From positions 17,446 through 67,100 of the forward strand of contig JAKLGB010000001.1 of the NCBI GenBank assembly GCA_022710895.1: a DNA stretch of 49,655 nt, in the 5' to 3' direction. Position 1 is the stretch's first letter, and every line of letters begins with the position of its first letter. Below are positions 16,650 to 24,888 of the stretch, piece after piece. The notes below the pieces were generated by a model. That model had not been told where the DNA came from, searched no databases, and saw nothing but the letters and a program-made list of their open reading frames with translations. Source of the stretch: Bacillota bacterium (GTDB lineage Bacteria > Bacillota_I > Bacilli_A > Izemoplasmatales > Hujiaoplasmataceae). The position numbers and the translations under genes were made by a program.

Positions 16650-17228
16650 TCATTTACTGGCGAAAATCAAGTGACGGTTTTTCCAAAAATAGTCAAAGCC
16701 GGAAATCAAGGTCAAGCCGACTGCTAATGACATAAGGATGATTCCGATCACCCCAAAACCCGTCCATCCGAGTGGAACCAAGAAAAAATAAATCGCGATG
16801 GCTCCCATCGTAGCGAATGTTTTGGCTTTTCCCCACGGGGAAGCGGCGATGATATTGCCTTCTCCAACGGCGACGAGACGAATGCTGGTGACGATCAATT
16901 CACGGGAAAGGATAATCAAAGGAATCCAAAATGGCATCCACATCGTGACGATGCCTCGGGCGGAATCCATCAAGATCAACAGGGCCGTCATGACCAACAG
17001 TTTATCGGCCAACGGATCCATGAATTTTCCGAAGGTGGTGACAAGGTTCCGTTTTCGGGCAATGTATCCGTCCAAAAAATCCGTGAACGAACCGGCCGCA
17101 AAAATGAGACCGAGAAGGAGAAACATCGGATATCCTCCCCAGGAAATAAGCGGGAAAACCAGATAGACGGCGACCATCACGGGAATGAGGATCACCCGGA
17201 CCATGGTCAACTTGTTGGGTAGGTTCAT
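16650..17228 (-). CDS. pgsA: CDP-diacylglycerol--glycerol-3-phosphate 3-phosphatidyltransferase
   Basis: MNLPNKLTMVRV and the CDP-alcohol phosphatidyltransferase motif DFLDGYIARK..G..DPLADK. Confidence 0.92.
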   Translation of the reverse strand: MNLPNKLTMVRVILIPVMVAVYLVFPLISWGGYPMFLLLGLIFAAGSFTDFLDGYIARKRNLVTTFGKFMDPLADKLLVMTALLILMDSARGIVTMWMPFWIPLIILSRELIVTSIRLVAVGEGNIIAASPWGKAKTFATMGAIAIYFFLVPLGWTGFGVIGIILMSLAVGLTLISGFDYFWKNRHLIFASK

Positions 17229-17283
17229 AATTTCACCTCAGACGATGAATTTGTAATTTTTCAAAGGATTTTTCTACTCTTTT

Positions 17284-17312
17284 ATTTTACCACAAATACC
17301 TCAAAAATCCAA
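17284..17312 (-). promoter_or_regulatory. sigma-A promoter for pgsA-recA (TTGGAT-17-TAAAAT with TG extension)
   Basis: Minus strand reads TTGGAT ttttgaggtatttgtgg TAAAAT. Confidence 0.6.
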
Positions 17313-17332
17313 CGGAAAACCGCGAAATTCCA

Positions 17333-17360
17333 GAAAAAAAAGGCAACCTTTCGGCTGCCT
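17333..17360 (-). terminator. intrinsic terminator after the yebC-family gene
   Basis: Minus strand reads AGGCAGCC-GAAA-GGTTGCCT followed by TTTTTTTT. Confidence 0.8.
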
Positions 17361-17372
17361 GTCGATTCGGGT

Positions 17373-18104
17373 TCATTCCTCATCGGAAACGGGAACATCC
17401 ACGTTGGAAAAGACTTCTTGAATATCATCGATTTCATCCGTCATTGCGATGAAATTGCGGTATTTCCGCAAGTCGTCCTCGCTCAGAGTGACGTAAGTTT
17501 GGGGCAGGTATGTCACGGCGCCATCGACGATTTTGACATCGGGCTTAGCGGCGATCAAAGCCTCTTTGATTTTGTCCAGATCGTTGGGTTGGCCGGTAAT
17601 GGTCACCATTCCGTCCTCCGCTTGAACGTCTTGAACGTCACATTCGGCATTCAGCATGGCTTCAAACACCTCGTCTTCGGTCATCTCCTCGACCGTTACC
17701 AAGGCAACGTAGGTAAATTGATGGGCGACGCTTCCCGCCACGCCGACCTTTCCGCCCGTCTTTGTGAAACAGGCACGAACTTCCCCGAAGGTCCGGTTGA
17801 CATTGTCCGTCATGCATTCGATGATGATCATCGAGTTCCCGGGTCCGAAGCCTTCATAGCGGACATTTTCGTAATTTTCTTGGGCACCGCCTTTGGCTTT
17901 GTCGATGTTGCGTTTGATGACATCGGCCGGAACCTGCTCGGCTTTTGCTTTTTCAATCCATTTTTTCAGTGTCAAGTTACCGTTGGGGTCCGCTCCGTTT
18001 CGGGCGGCCATATAGATTTCTTTTCCGTATTTCGAGTACAGTTTGCTTTTCATTGCCGCGGTTTTCGCCATCGAGGCAGCGCGGACTTCATGGGCTCTTC
18101 CCAT
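17373..18104 (-). CDS. YebC/PmpR-family DNA-binding regulator
   Basis: MGRAHEVRAASMAKTAAMKSKLYSKYGKEI and the overall 3-domain layout. ATG at 18104 lies 6 nt from an AAAGGTGA SD. Confidence 0.9.
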   Translation of the reverse strand: MGRAHEVRAASMAKTAAMKSKLYSKYGKEIYMAARNGADPNGNLTLKKWIEKAKAEQVPADVIKRNIDKAKGGAQENYENVRYEGFGPGNSMIIIECMTDNVNRTFGEVRACFTKTGGKVGVAGSVAHQFTYVALVTVEEMTEDEVFEAMLNAECDVQDVQAEDGMVTITGQPNDLDKIKEALIAAKPDVKIVDGAVTYLPQTYVTLSEDDLRKYRNFIAMTDEIDDIQEVFSNVDVPVSDEE

Positions 18105-18148
18105 CAACATTCACCTTTTCGTTGGATTCCCCGCCTGGGGGTCGTTAT

Positions 18149-19003
18149 TCATTCCATTTTCTTGATCAGTTTGGTGCAGTCGGGCTGCAAATCGACCAAC
18201 CCGGACTTGTAAAGCGTCCCCAAAGCCCGCTTGAAAGCACCTTTGCTCATATGCAAAGCCAATTGAATGTCTTCGGGGGAAGAATTGTCGGTGAACCTCA
18301 TGGTTCCCGCATGATTCTCCAAATATCGGAGAATGGTTTCCGAATCCGGGTGAAGCATGAATTCTTTGGCAGGAATCAACGTGCCGGTGTATTCATAGCG
18401 GTCGTGACGGTGAAGAATCGAAACACGGACCGTTTCCCCGATGCGGTATTTTTGACGCGTGTTATTGTAGTGGACAAAGATTTCATGTCCTTCTTTGGTA
18501 ATGCAGACGAGACCTTCCACCAACATGAACAAGACGATGGCCTCGTACGTTGTCTGTTCTTCAAGAGAAGCCGGTTCCGGAAGGTAGGTCCGAATCAACT
18601 TACGTCCGATCATCTTGGCGAACATCAGGTCTTTTTTGATTTTTACGGTGCAAAAGAGTTGGTCTCCGACGATCGGCCAAGAGGAAAACGACAAAGGAAG
18701 GTCGTCTTTGGACAACAGGAGATCCTTAACGATTCCATAATGGAGAAAGACACCCAATTCCGGGTTCACCGAGACTACTTCCAAAAATGCCGCGGAGTTG
18801 ACGGTGATTAAGGGGACGCGCGTGGAAGCCGTGGGTCGTCCTTGGTTGTCGACATAAAGAAAGACTTCGATCACTTCGCCTTTGAGATAATTGCGCAGAG
18901 CTTCTTTCTTATGTAGGAAGAACTCGTTTTCTCCGTCTGTCAGTTGGTAGGCAATGTCCGTTTCCCGTAGGACCGTCAATGTATTGAAATCACCGAGTTT
19001 CAT
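18149..19003 (-). CDS. cvfB: CvfB/YitL-family S1-domain RNA-binding protein
   Basis: MKLGDFNTLTVLRETDIAYQLTDGENEFFLHKKEA resembles the YitL/CvfB N-terminus. It has repeated S1-like modules and a C-terminal winged helix. GGAGG SD. Confidence 0.8.
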   Translation of the reverse strand: MKLGDFNTLTVLRETDIAYQLTDGENEFFLHKKEALRNYLKGEVIEVFLYVDNQGRPTASTRVPLITVNSAAFLEVVSVNPELGVFLHYGIVKDLLLSKDDLPLSFSSWPIVGDQLFCTVKIKKDLMFAKMIGRKLIRTYLPEPASLEEQTTYEAIVLFMLVEGLVCITKEGHEIFVHYNNTRQKYRIGETVRVSILHRHDRYEYTGTLIPAKEFMLHPDSETILRYLENHAGTMRFTDNSSPEDIQLALHMSKGAFKRALGTLYKSGLVDLQPDCTKLIKKME

Positions 19004-19014
19004 TGAACCGCCTC

Positions 19015-19896
19015 CTATAGTTTACGCACGGGCAACAAGGCACGAAAAAGTGCCATGCCCGCGGTGATTGCGAGTGAACCCACGGCGAAATCCAAGAGCG
19101 AGGCTCCCAAATTCGCAAAATGAGCGAAATAGGTTCCGATCCCGCCTTGCGCGGCAATGGCTAGATTCAACCGCCACGCCATCAAGGCGATCCCAAGAAA
19201 ATACGATTGAATATTCAGGTCACGAAAAGTTCTCGAATTGACGTTGGTCCGTCCCCATTTAGTCCCCAATATTCCGCCCAAAGGGATGAAAATCAGCAGG
19301 AAAGTATAGAATACAGGGTAATAAATGGCGGCGACAATCGCCGGAATGGAAAATACGATACTCAGAGAAATGCTCAGAATCACGCTCAAAATGCGGGCTC
19401 CGAGGTCCTCGGCCGGCAAAGGTTCCGGATGGGAAAGCGTTCCCGAATCCGGTTTCTCCGGCAAACAAGCCCGGTGGCAAGGACGATGTACACCGTGGGC
19501 ATAGTCATACGCATCGCAACCGGACTGTCCGCAAATCGAACAGAGTTGGGGTTGTGTGAAATTGTTTTCTTTCAAATATCCCGCCGTTTTCTCCAAGGCC
19601 TGGCTCAAGCGAAGGGCTTCGGCGGGTTTCATGAAGGCCAATGAATGGTTGACCACCAAGATCAAGACATCGTTTTCGTTCTTGACAACGATGTCAAAAG
19701 CATCCAGGGCTTTTTGAAGAAGTGTGATCCAATCAGAGGTGATGGGTTCGTTCAGCGGTAAGGTGAAATAGGGAACCACGGAATATCCATAGCTGCCCGG
19801 AAAAAAAGTGAAATGATAGTTTTGGACGGTGCCGATGCCTGAAGATCGTTGATCTTGACGGAAGCGGAGAGTCTCAAGGAATGTATTGATCTGCAT
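19015..19896 (-). CDS. hypothetical membrane protein with cytoplasmic N-domain and Cys/His cluster
   Basis: CSICGQSGCDAYDYAHGVHRPCHRAC is followed by about 4 TM helices. The start is set at ATG 19896 because a TAGACA-17-TGgTATAAT promoter (19936-19964) lies downstream of the earlier in-frame starts. Confidence 0.6.
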   Translation of the reverse strand: MQINTFLETLRFRQDQRSSGIGTVQNYHFTFFPGSYGYSVVPYFTLPLNEPITSDWITLLQKALDAFDIVVKNENDVLILVVNHSLAFMKPAEALRLSQALEKTAGYLKENNFTQPQLCSICGQSGCDAYDYAHGVHRPCHRACLPEKPDSGTLSHPEPLPAEDLGARILSVILSISLSIVFSIPAIVAAIYYPVFYTFLLIFIPLGGILGTKWGRTNVNSRTFRDLNIQSYFLGIALMAWRLNLAIAAQGGIGTYFAHFANLGASLLDFAVGSLAITAGMALFRALLPVRKL

Positions 19897-19935
19897 ATTC
19901 TCACCAAAAGAATCTTTTTCAAGATTCCCATGGCT

Positions 19936-19964
19936 ATTATACCAAAAAAAAGCGTCTCTGTCTA
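19936..19964 (-). promoter_or_regulatory. promoter of the Cys-rich membrane protein-cvfB-yebC operon
   Basis: Minus strand reads TAGACA gagacgcttttttttgg TATAAT, with a TG-extended -10. Confidence 0.6.
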
Positions 19965-20124
19965 TGATAATTGCCATCTCGGTGAAAAGGATGGAACACG
20001 ATCTTCGGGGAGATTTCACTCAATTTCCATGGTTTGCTCATTAAATCTTCATCGAAAAATTCTATACTGGAGGCGTACCTTGGTCGGGTACAATCCGAGT
20101 TAATCCCCCATTTTCTCCTTTTTC

Positions 20125-20162
20125 ATGGAAAAGCGCGTCAGCCGACGCGCTTTTCTTCTTTT
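20125..20162 (-). terminator. hairpin terminator after the serine-hydrolase gene
   Basis: AAGCGCGTC-agcc-GACGCGCTT, a 9-bp GC-rich stem. The T-run is stronger on the plus strand and is 4 U on the minus strand. Confidence 0.55.
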
Positions 20163-21251
20163 TTATTGTCCAAGCGGAAATTCGATGATTCCATCGGGAT
20201 TTTCCGCTCGATGCCGCTTTTCTTCGTTCAGGGCAAGGCCGGAATGATCGGTGAACCTTTGCAGATAATGCCGGAGAGTGAAGGTGTCTCCCTGCCATCC
20301 CTTTCGAATCGCGGGAAGGACGAAACGAGAGAACAAATCCAAAATCTCGCGAGACTCATACGCTTGAGTCACGAAAACGATACCGGTCTCCGGGTGGATG
20401 ACCACATATTGCTTGTAAAGTCCTGCCAAACGGAAGCCGCCAAAATCATTGATCCAGGTCTGGAACCCGTATCCGAAACGATCGGCCGGATTGCCGTTCG
20501 TGGAGGTCGTTGCCTGGATTTTTCCCATTTCCCGGACGAAATCCCGGGAAAGTAATTGTTCGCCCCGCCAGAAGCCTTCATTGAGCAGCAAGTGGCCGAA
20601 ACGGGCCAAATCCGGAGCGTCCAACTGCAACCCGTATGGCCCGATCGAGGATCCGAAAGCTTCCCGCCAACGCGGTTTCGCCATCTCGATTTTCGGATAG
20701 AGGTGACGATCCAGAAAATCGTTGGTGTTCATTCCGGATAAGTTTTGAACGAGCAACGAAAGCATATGGGTGGCTAAGTTATTATAAAAGAAATGGGTTC
20801 CGGGTTCGTGAGTCAAGGGAATCGAAAAAAAGGTATCGTACGGATCAGCCCCAAGAAGCACCGGATCGATCCGTTCCTCGTCATGACCGACCGTCATGGT
20901 CAACAGATCTCGGACCGTGACTTTTTCGTAGCCGGGAAGCGGAAAGGAATGAAGTTTGTCCCCGAAATACCGAATCAAAGGGGTCTCCAAGTTCAACAAG
21001 CCTTGGTCGCGGCAAAGCCCGATGGCCGCAGCCACAAACGTTTTCGTCATCGAATAGCACTCTTCGGGTCGCCCCGGCCCTCGTCCGGAGGCATAGGCTT
21101 CGAACACCTTGGCGCCGTTCTTGACCAGAAACAGGGAATGAAAATTCCAGCGTTCCCGTTCAATGGTTTCAAACAGGTCAACGAGAAGTCCTTTCTCGAT
21201 GTCCGCATCCTTACAGGATGCTTTTTCAAAATCGCGACGCGGATAGATCAT
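20163..21251 (-). CDS. beta-lactamase-fold (class C/PBP-like) serine hydrolase, cytoplasmic
   Basis: SxxK motif in CYSMTKTFVAAAIGL. No signal peptide. AAAGGAGG SD. Confidence 0.85.
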   Translation of the reverse strand: MIYPRRDFEKASCKDADIEKGLLVDLFETIERERWNFHSLFLVKNGAKVFEAYASGRGPGRPEECYSMTKTFVAAAIGLCRDQGLLNLETPLIRYFGDKLHSFPLPGYEKVTVRDLLTMTVGHDEERIDPVLLGADPYDTFFSIPLTHEPGTHFFYNNLATHMLSLLVQNLSGMNTNDFLDRHLYPKIEMAKPRWREAFGSSIGPYGLQLDAPDLARFGHLLLNEGFWRGEQLLSRDFVREMGKIQATTSTNGNPADRFGYGFQTWINDFGGFRLAGLYKQYVVIHPETGIVFVTQAYESREILDLFSRFVLPAIRKGWQGDTFTLRHYLQRFTDHSGLALNEEKRHRAENPDGIIEFPLGQ

Positions 21252-21282
21252 AGTCGTTTCCTCCTTTATACTTAGCCGTATT

Positions 21283-22734
21283 TTAACGGGCGTGAGTAAT
21301 CAAATGACGATAGAAAGACACCGCTTCATCCACAACATCCACGGGAATCGATTCGTTTAACCCGTGCATTTTTTTTAGGTCGGCATTGGTTACGCGAAGG
21401 GGAGAAAAGCGGATGGTCGCCTCGCAAATCTCCTGATAGTGTCTCGCATCGGTTCCGCCGAGGATCACGTAGGGAGAAATCAGAACATCGGGAAAAACCG
21501 CACGAACGGTATCGACGAGAAATCCGAATGCGGGTGAATGCGAATCGACGATCGGCGTGGTATCCCGGGCTTCGAGGATTTCCACCTCAAGACCGCGACG
21601 ACCGGCAACTTTGCGGATGGCGGCGATAGAGGCCTCCATCGGCTGGATTGGATGAGGTCGGAGGTTGAGGACCAACCAAGCTTCGGAGGGAATCACGTTG
21701 TTCGCTTCCGACCCACCTGCCCGGGTAAAAGCCACGGTTGTGGACAACAAAGCTCCGCCGTACGCGTTGATTTTCGGCAAAAGCCAAGTCAAAAGCGGGC
21801 GAAACAACCAAAGGTTCCCGAACAGGAAACGGTAGGCGAAGCCCATCGAGGGAGCCGCGTTGGCGAAAAGATCACGGACTTCGCGAATCATTCGGGATTT
21901 CATCGGTGAGTGTTTTTCGATATCCACCACAAACTTGGCCAAACGAGCCAGCGGCGTGTTTTTGGGCGGAGTGCTGGAATGACCTCCATGGGAACGGGCC
22001 ACGACCCGCAAGTCGATATAACCCTTTTCCAATACCCCCAACAAGGCCATGGGACGTCGGACGCTCGGCAGGACCCCATCGACGATGGCGCCGCCCTCAT
22101 CGAGGACCAACGCCGGATGAATGTTCCGTTCCCGGAGCCATCGGACCGTCTCCGCGGCTCCCCGGCCCATCACTTCTTCGTCCGTCGAACTGGCCAACCA
22201 GACATCAACCGCGGGAATGAATCCTTCATCGATCAATTCTTCGGCTGCTTGGAAAAACGCGAATAAGGTGCCTTTGGTGTCGAAAGTCCCGCGTCCGTGA
22301 ACTTCTCCATCCGCGTATTCCCCGGAAAAGGGGGGATGTTTCCATCCTTCGGCCGGTGCGGGGACCACATCTTGATGAGCCATTAACAGGATGGAGTTCT
22401 CTCTGGAAGCCCCGGACCACCGAAACAACAGCGATCCACTCGGAAAAACGGTTTTTTCCATCGTGGCGAACACCTTGGGAAAAAGAGAGGCCATCACTTG
22501 TTGCAATTCCAAAAAGGGAGCCGGATCAGGATGATCCTTGTCGGCAATGGTCACGACACGGATCATCTTTCCCAATTTCTCCGCCAGCATCTGCTCGCGA
22601 TCCGGATCTAAATTACGAATCGGACGGGGAATCGGGACCGATTGAGCTCGGAACGTACGGACGAGAGCAATCGCCAACAGGACAAAAAGGAGGCTCCCGA
22701 CCACCAAGGGGATGATCCAAATCAGGTCCGTCAT
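21283..22734 (-). CDS. M20-family metallopeptidase with N-terminal membrane anchor (CPS1/carboxypeptidase-S-like layout)
   Basis: TM helix LIWIIPLVVGSLLFVLLAIALV followed by RTFRAQS. M20 metal-ligand context LMAHQDVVPA, HGRGTFDTKG and SSTDEE. ATG at 22734 overlaps the upstream stop (ATGA). Confidence 0.85.
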   Translation of the reverse strand: MTDLIWIIPLVVGSLLFVLLAIALVRTFRAQSVPIPRPIRNLDPDREQMLAEKLGKMIRVVTIADKDHPDPAPFLELQQVMASLFPKVFATMEKTVFPSGSLLFRWSGASRENSILLMAHQDVVPAPAEGWKHPPFSGEYADGEVHGRGTFDTKGTLFAFFQAAEELIDEGFIPAVDVWLASSTDEEVMGRGAAETVRWLRERNIHPALVLDEGGAIVDGVLPSVRRPMALLGVLEKGYIDLRVVARSHGGHSSTPPKNTPLARLAKFVVDIEKHSPMKSRMIREVRDLFANAAPSMGFAYRFLFGNLWLFRPLLTWLLPKINAYGGALLSTTVAFTRAGGSEANNVIPSEAWLVLNLRPHPIQPMEASIAAIRKVAGRRGLEVEILEARDTTPIVDSHSPAFGFLVDTVRAVFPDVLISPYVILGGTDARHYQEICEATIRFSPLRVTNADLKKMHGLNESIPVDVVDEAVSFYRHLITHAR

Positions 22735-23411
22735 GGACGTTGTCCTCCCAACCAATGTTTGTCAAACAGAATCTTGGCAGCGACCGTGGAAACGATGGCG
22801 CCGAGAACGATGCAGATGGCCAAGTTCCCAACCAAAAATTTGGGGGCGAGCAAACCCAAAAGGATCATCGAGAGAAGCGGTGCCGGAATCATTTTGGGAT
22901 TGCTGCGGAAATATTTGTATCCCAATGCCCCGAAAAGGGCGGAAACGACCCAGTTGAAAGCGGGTTGGAGTACCGGGGCGTTCAGAAGGGGAGTCAGCGG
23001 AATCAGAAGCACCACTCCCAAAGTCATCACCAAAGTCGTTGTGATCGTCGAAGCGGAGACCGCCAAAGTAGCTACTACTTCGTTTTCCGGACTGCCGATG
23101 TCGGTCCCGCACAACTCGCGGGCATTCATTGCGCACGGGATTTTCAAGTTGGAAAGATTCCCGGTGATGAATGCCAAGTAAGTGGCACCGGTTCCCAGCA
23201 TCGGAGAATAGGTGATCACTTCAATGATGCCTCCCGGCAGTTGCAGCGCGGAAAGCGTCAGAAAAGCCGGAAAGAACAGAGCGGGATCCGGGGCGACCCC
23301 GGTAACAAACCACATCGTCAACGGCACGGCGATCATCACCGAGAAACCCAAAACGATGAAAATGCGACCGTTGCGATGCATGCGGTCATTATAAGAAGAC
23401 GTAGTATTCAT
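22731..23411 (-). CDS. hypothetical polytopic membrane protein (about 6 TM)
   Basis: Hydrophobic throughout, and I recognised no family motif. ATG at 23411 overlaps the stop of the upstream gene (ATGA). Confidence 0.6.
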   Translation of the reverse strand: MNTTSSYNDRMHRNGRIFIVLGFSVMIAVPLTMWFVTGVAPDPALFFPAFLTLSALQLPGGIIEVITYSPMLGTGATYLAFITGNLSNLKIPCAMNARELCGTDIGSPENEVVATLAVSASTITTTLVMTLGVVLLIPLTPLLNAPVLQPAFNWVVSALFGALGYKYFRSNPKMIPAPLLSMILLGLLAPKFLVGNLAICIVLGAIVSTVAAKILFDKHWLGGQRP

Positions 23412-24229
23412 CACAGAATCCCTCCCAGACCCAAAACCACCGCGACGATCATTCCAAAGATCATCGAGAGGGCCAAGGAAAAGTTTTCCAACCATTTGAC
23501 ACCTTTTTTGCGGACCAACCAATCGAATCCAGCCATCGCCGCCATCGACGAAAGCAACACGATCATGGGAACGAAGGTCTTATGATCCTCGACGATATAT
23601 TGCCCGAACTCGTCAAGGACATATGCCCCGTCCACCACCACACGGGTGTCGTAACGAACGATCTTCGCCACCGCATCACCGACGTATGCGCAAATCATCC
23701 CGATGAACACGGCATCGAACAAGTACTTTCCAAACCCCTTGTTCCCCTCAGCGGTGGCTTTATCAAGGACTTTCTTTTGGTATCTTTTTAAGAAAAAAAC
23801 CGCAAAGAGACCGCCCCATAAAATCGAGAAGGTCATCACGAAGGCAATCGTGACCAAATTTTGGGTGGTCATCGTCGTCACCGTAATTCCTTCGGCAGCG
23901 ACCGAAGCCGCCATCAGTTCATAGTGCAGGGCCCCGACCACCGAAAGACGGATCCAAGGCAGGGGAATTCCCAAAAGCCCGGACATCGTGATGACCCCGA
24001 TAAAAATGCCGACCGACGGAAGTACCGAAAAACTGACCGAACTGACAACGGCTTTTCGAACCATCTCTTTGGGCATCCCGAGTTCCCGGCTTTGACGATA
24101 GGCTTTAATGGCGAAATATAGGGATCCCCCGATGATGAACACGGTGACGAACGCCGCCAGGGCGTACATCCACCAAGATTCTTTGATTTCGCCGACTGTC
24201 GCCAGCGAAATCCCTTGAGACCAAAGCAT
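23411..24229 (-). CDS. hypothetical polytopic membrane protein (possibly DUF5058-like; from memory only)
   Basis: About 7 TM segments. GAGGTGG SD. First gene of a four-gene operon. Confidence 0.6.
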   Translation of the reverse strand: MLWSQGISLATVGEIKESWWMYALAAFVTVFIIGGSLYFAIKAYRQSRELGMPKEMVRKAVVSSVSFSVLPSVGIFIGVITMSGLLGIPLPWIRLSVVGALHYELMAASVAAEGITVTTMTTQNLVTIAFVMTFSILWGGLFAVFFLKRYQKKVLDKATAEGNKGFGKYLFDAVFIGMICAYVGDAVAKIVRYDTRVVVDGAYVLDEFGQYIVEDHKTFVPMIVLLSSMAAMAGFDWLVRKKGVKWLENFSLALSMIFGMIVAVVLGLGGIL

Positions 24230-24259
24230 GCGACCACCTCACTTGATGTTGTTTCCCAA

Positions 24260-24288
24260 ATTGTACCCCATCTGCACTTTGAAAACAA
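24260..24288 (-). promoter_or_regulatory. candidate promoter of the membrane-pair/M20 operon (TTGTTT-17-TACAAT)
   Basis: Minus strand reads TTGTTT tcaaagtgcagatgggg TACAAT. Confidence 0.4.
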
Positions 24289-24318
24289 GGACACCCGTAA
24301 AAGAGACCGTCCTTTCCT

Positions 24319-24343
24319 AAAAAAAACGACCCAAAAGGGTCGC
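24319..24343 (-). terminator. intrinsic terminator after queH
   Basis: Minus strand reads CGACCC-tttt-GGGTCG followed by TTTTTTTT, immediately after the queH stop. Confidence 0.8.
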
Positions 24344-24880
24344 TCATGGCTTTTTGGACAAATACCGTTCTTCCTCGCTGAAAATACATCCGCAATATTT
24401 TTGCATATACAGCGGCAATTCCCGGGCGAGGGTTTGACCTTCGCGGAAATCGGGACGAAAATCGACGTAATGAAACGGAATCCCGACTTCTTTGGCGACG
24501 GATTCGGCGGTCTGTCGCAACAGGTCATGCTTTTGATAGGGGCTGATGAAGAGCGTCGAGGAAAAGGCATCGAATCCACCGGCTTTGGCGGCTTCTGCGG
24601 TGACCTTCAAACGTTCGCGGTAACATTTCCCGCATCGTTCCTCCAACTGATCAGCGACCATTCGGACAAAGGGTTTCAATCCATATTCGTCCCGCCAAAC
24701 CATCGGGAGTTCGATGCTCTCGGCATAATTCGTTAACGCATCGCGGCGGCTTTTGTATTCCGTATAGGGGTGAATGTTGGGATTATACCAAAACCCGGTC
24801 ACTTCCTGTCCCGCTTCGCGTAAACGGCGGATACACATGACACTGCAGGGTGCACAACAAATATGCAACAGTAATTTCAT
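24344..24880 (-). CDS. queH: epoxyqueuosine reductase QueH (DUF208)
   Basis: MKLLLHICCAPCSV, FWYNPNIHPYTEY, ERCGKCY, and a C-terminal YCGCIFSEEER. Confidence 0.9.
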   Translation of the reverse strand: MKLLLHICCAPCSVMCIRRLREAGQEVTGFWYNPNIHPYTEYKSRRDALTNYAESIELPMVWRDEYGLKPFVRMVADQLEERCGKCYRERLKVTAEAAKAGGFDAFSSTLFISPYQKHDLLRQTAESVAKEVGIPFHYVDFRPDFREGQTLARELPLYMQKYCGCIFSEEERYLSKKP

Positions 24881-24888
24881 ATTCAACC

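Noticed and set aside
23914-24579. 221-aa minus-strand ORF bridging queH, the intergenic terminator and the start of the membrane-protein gene
   Set aside because: It runs through a strong terminator and promoter. It is out of frame with two supported genes, and its composition is Ser/Arg/Cys/Pro-rich.
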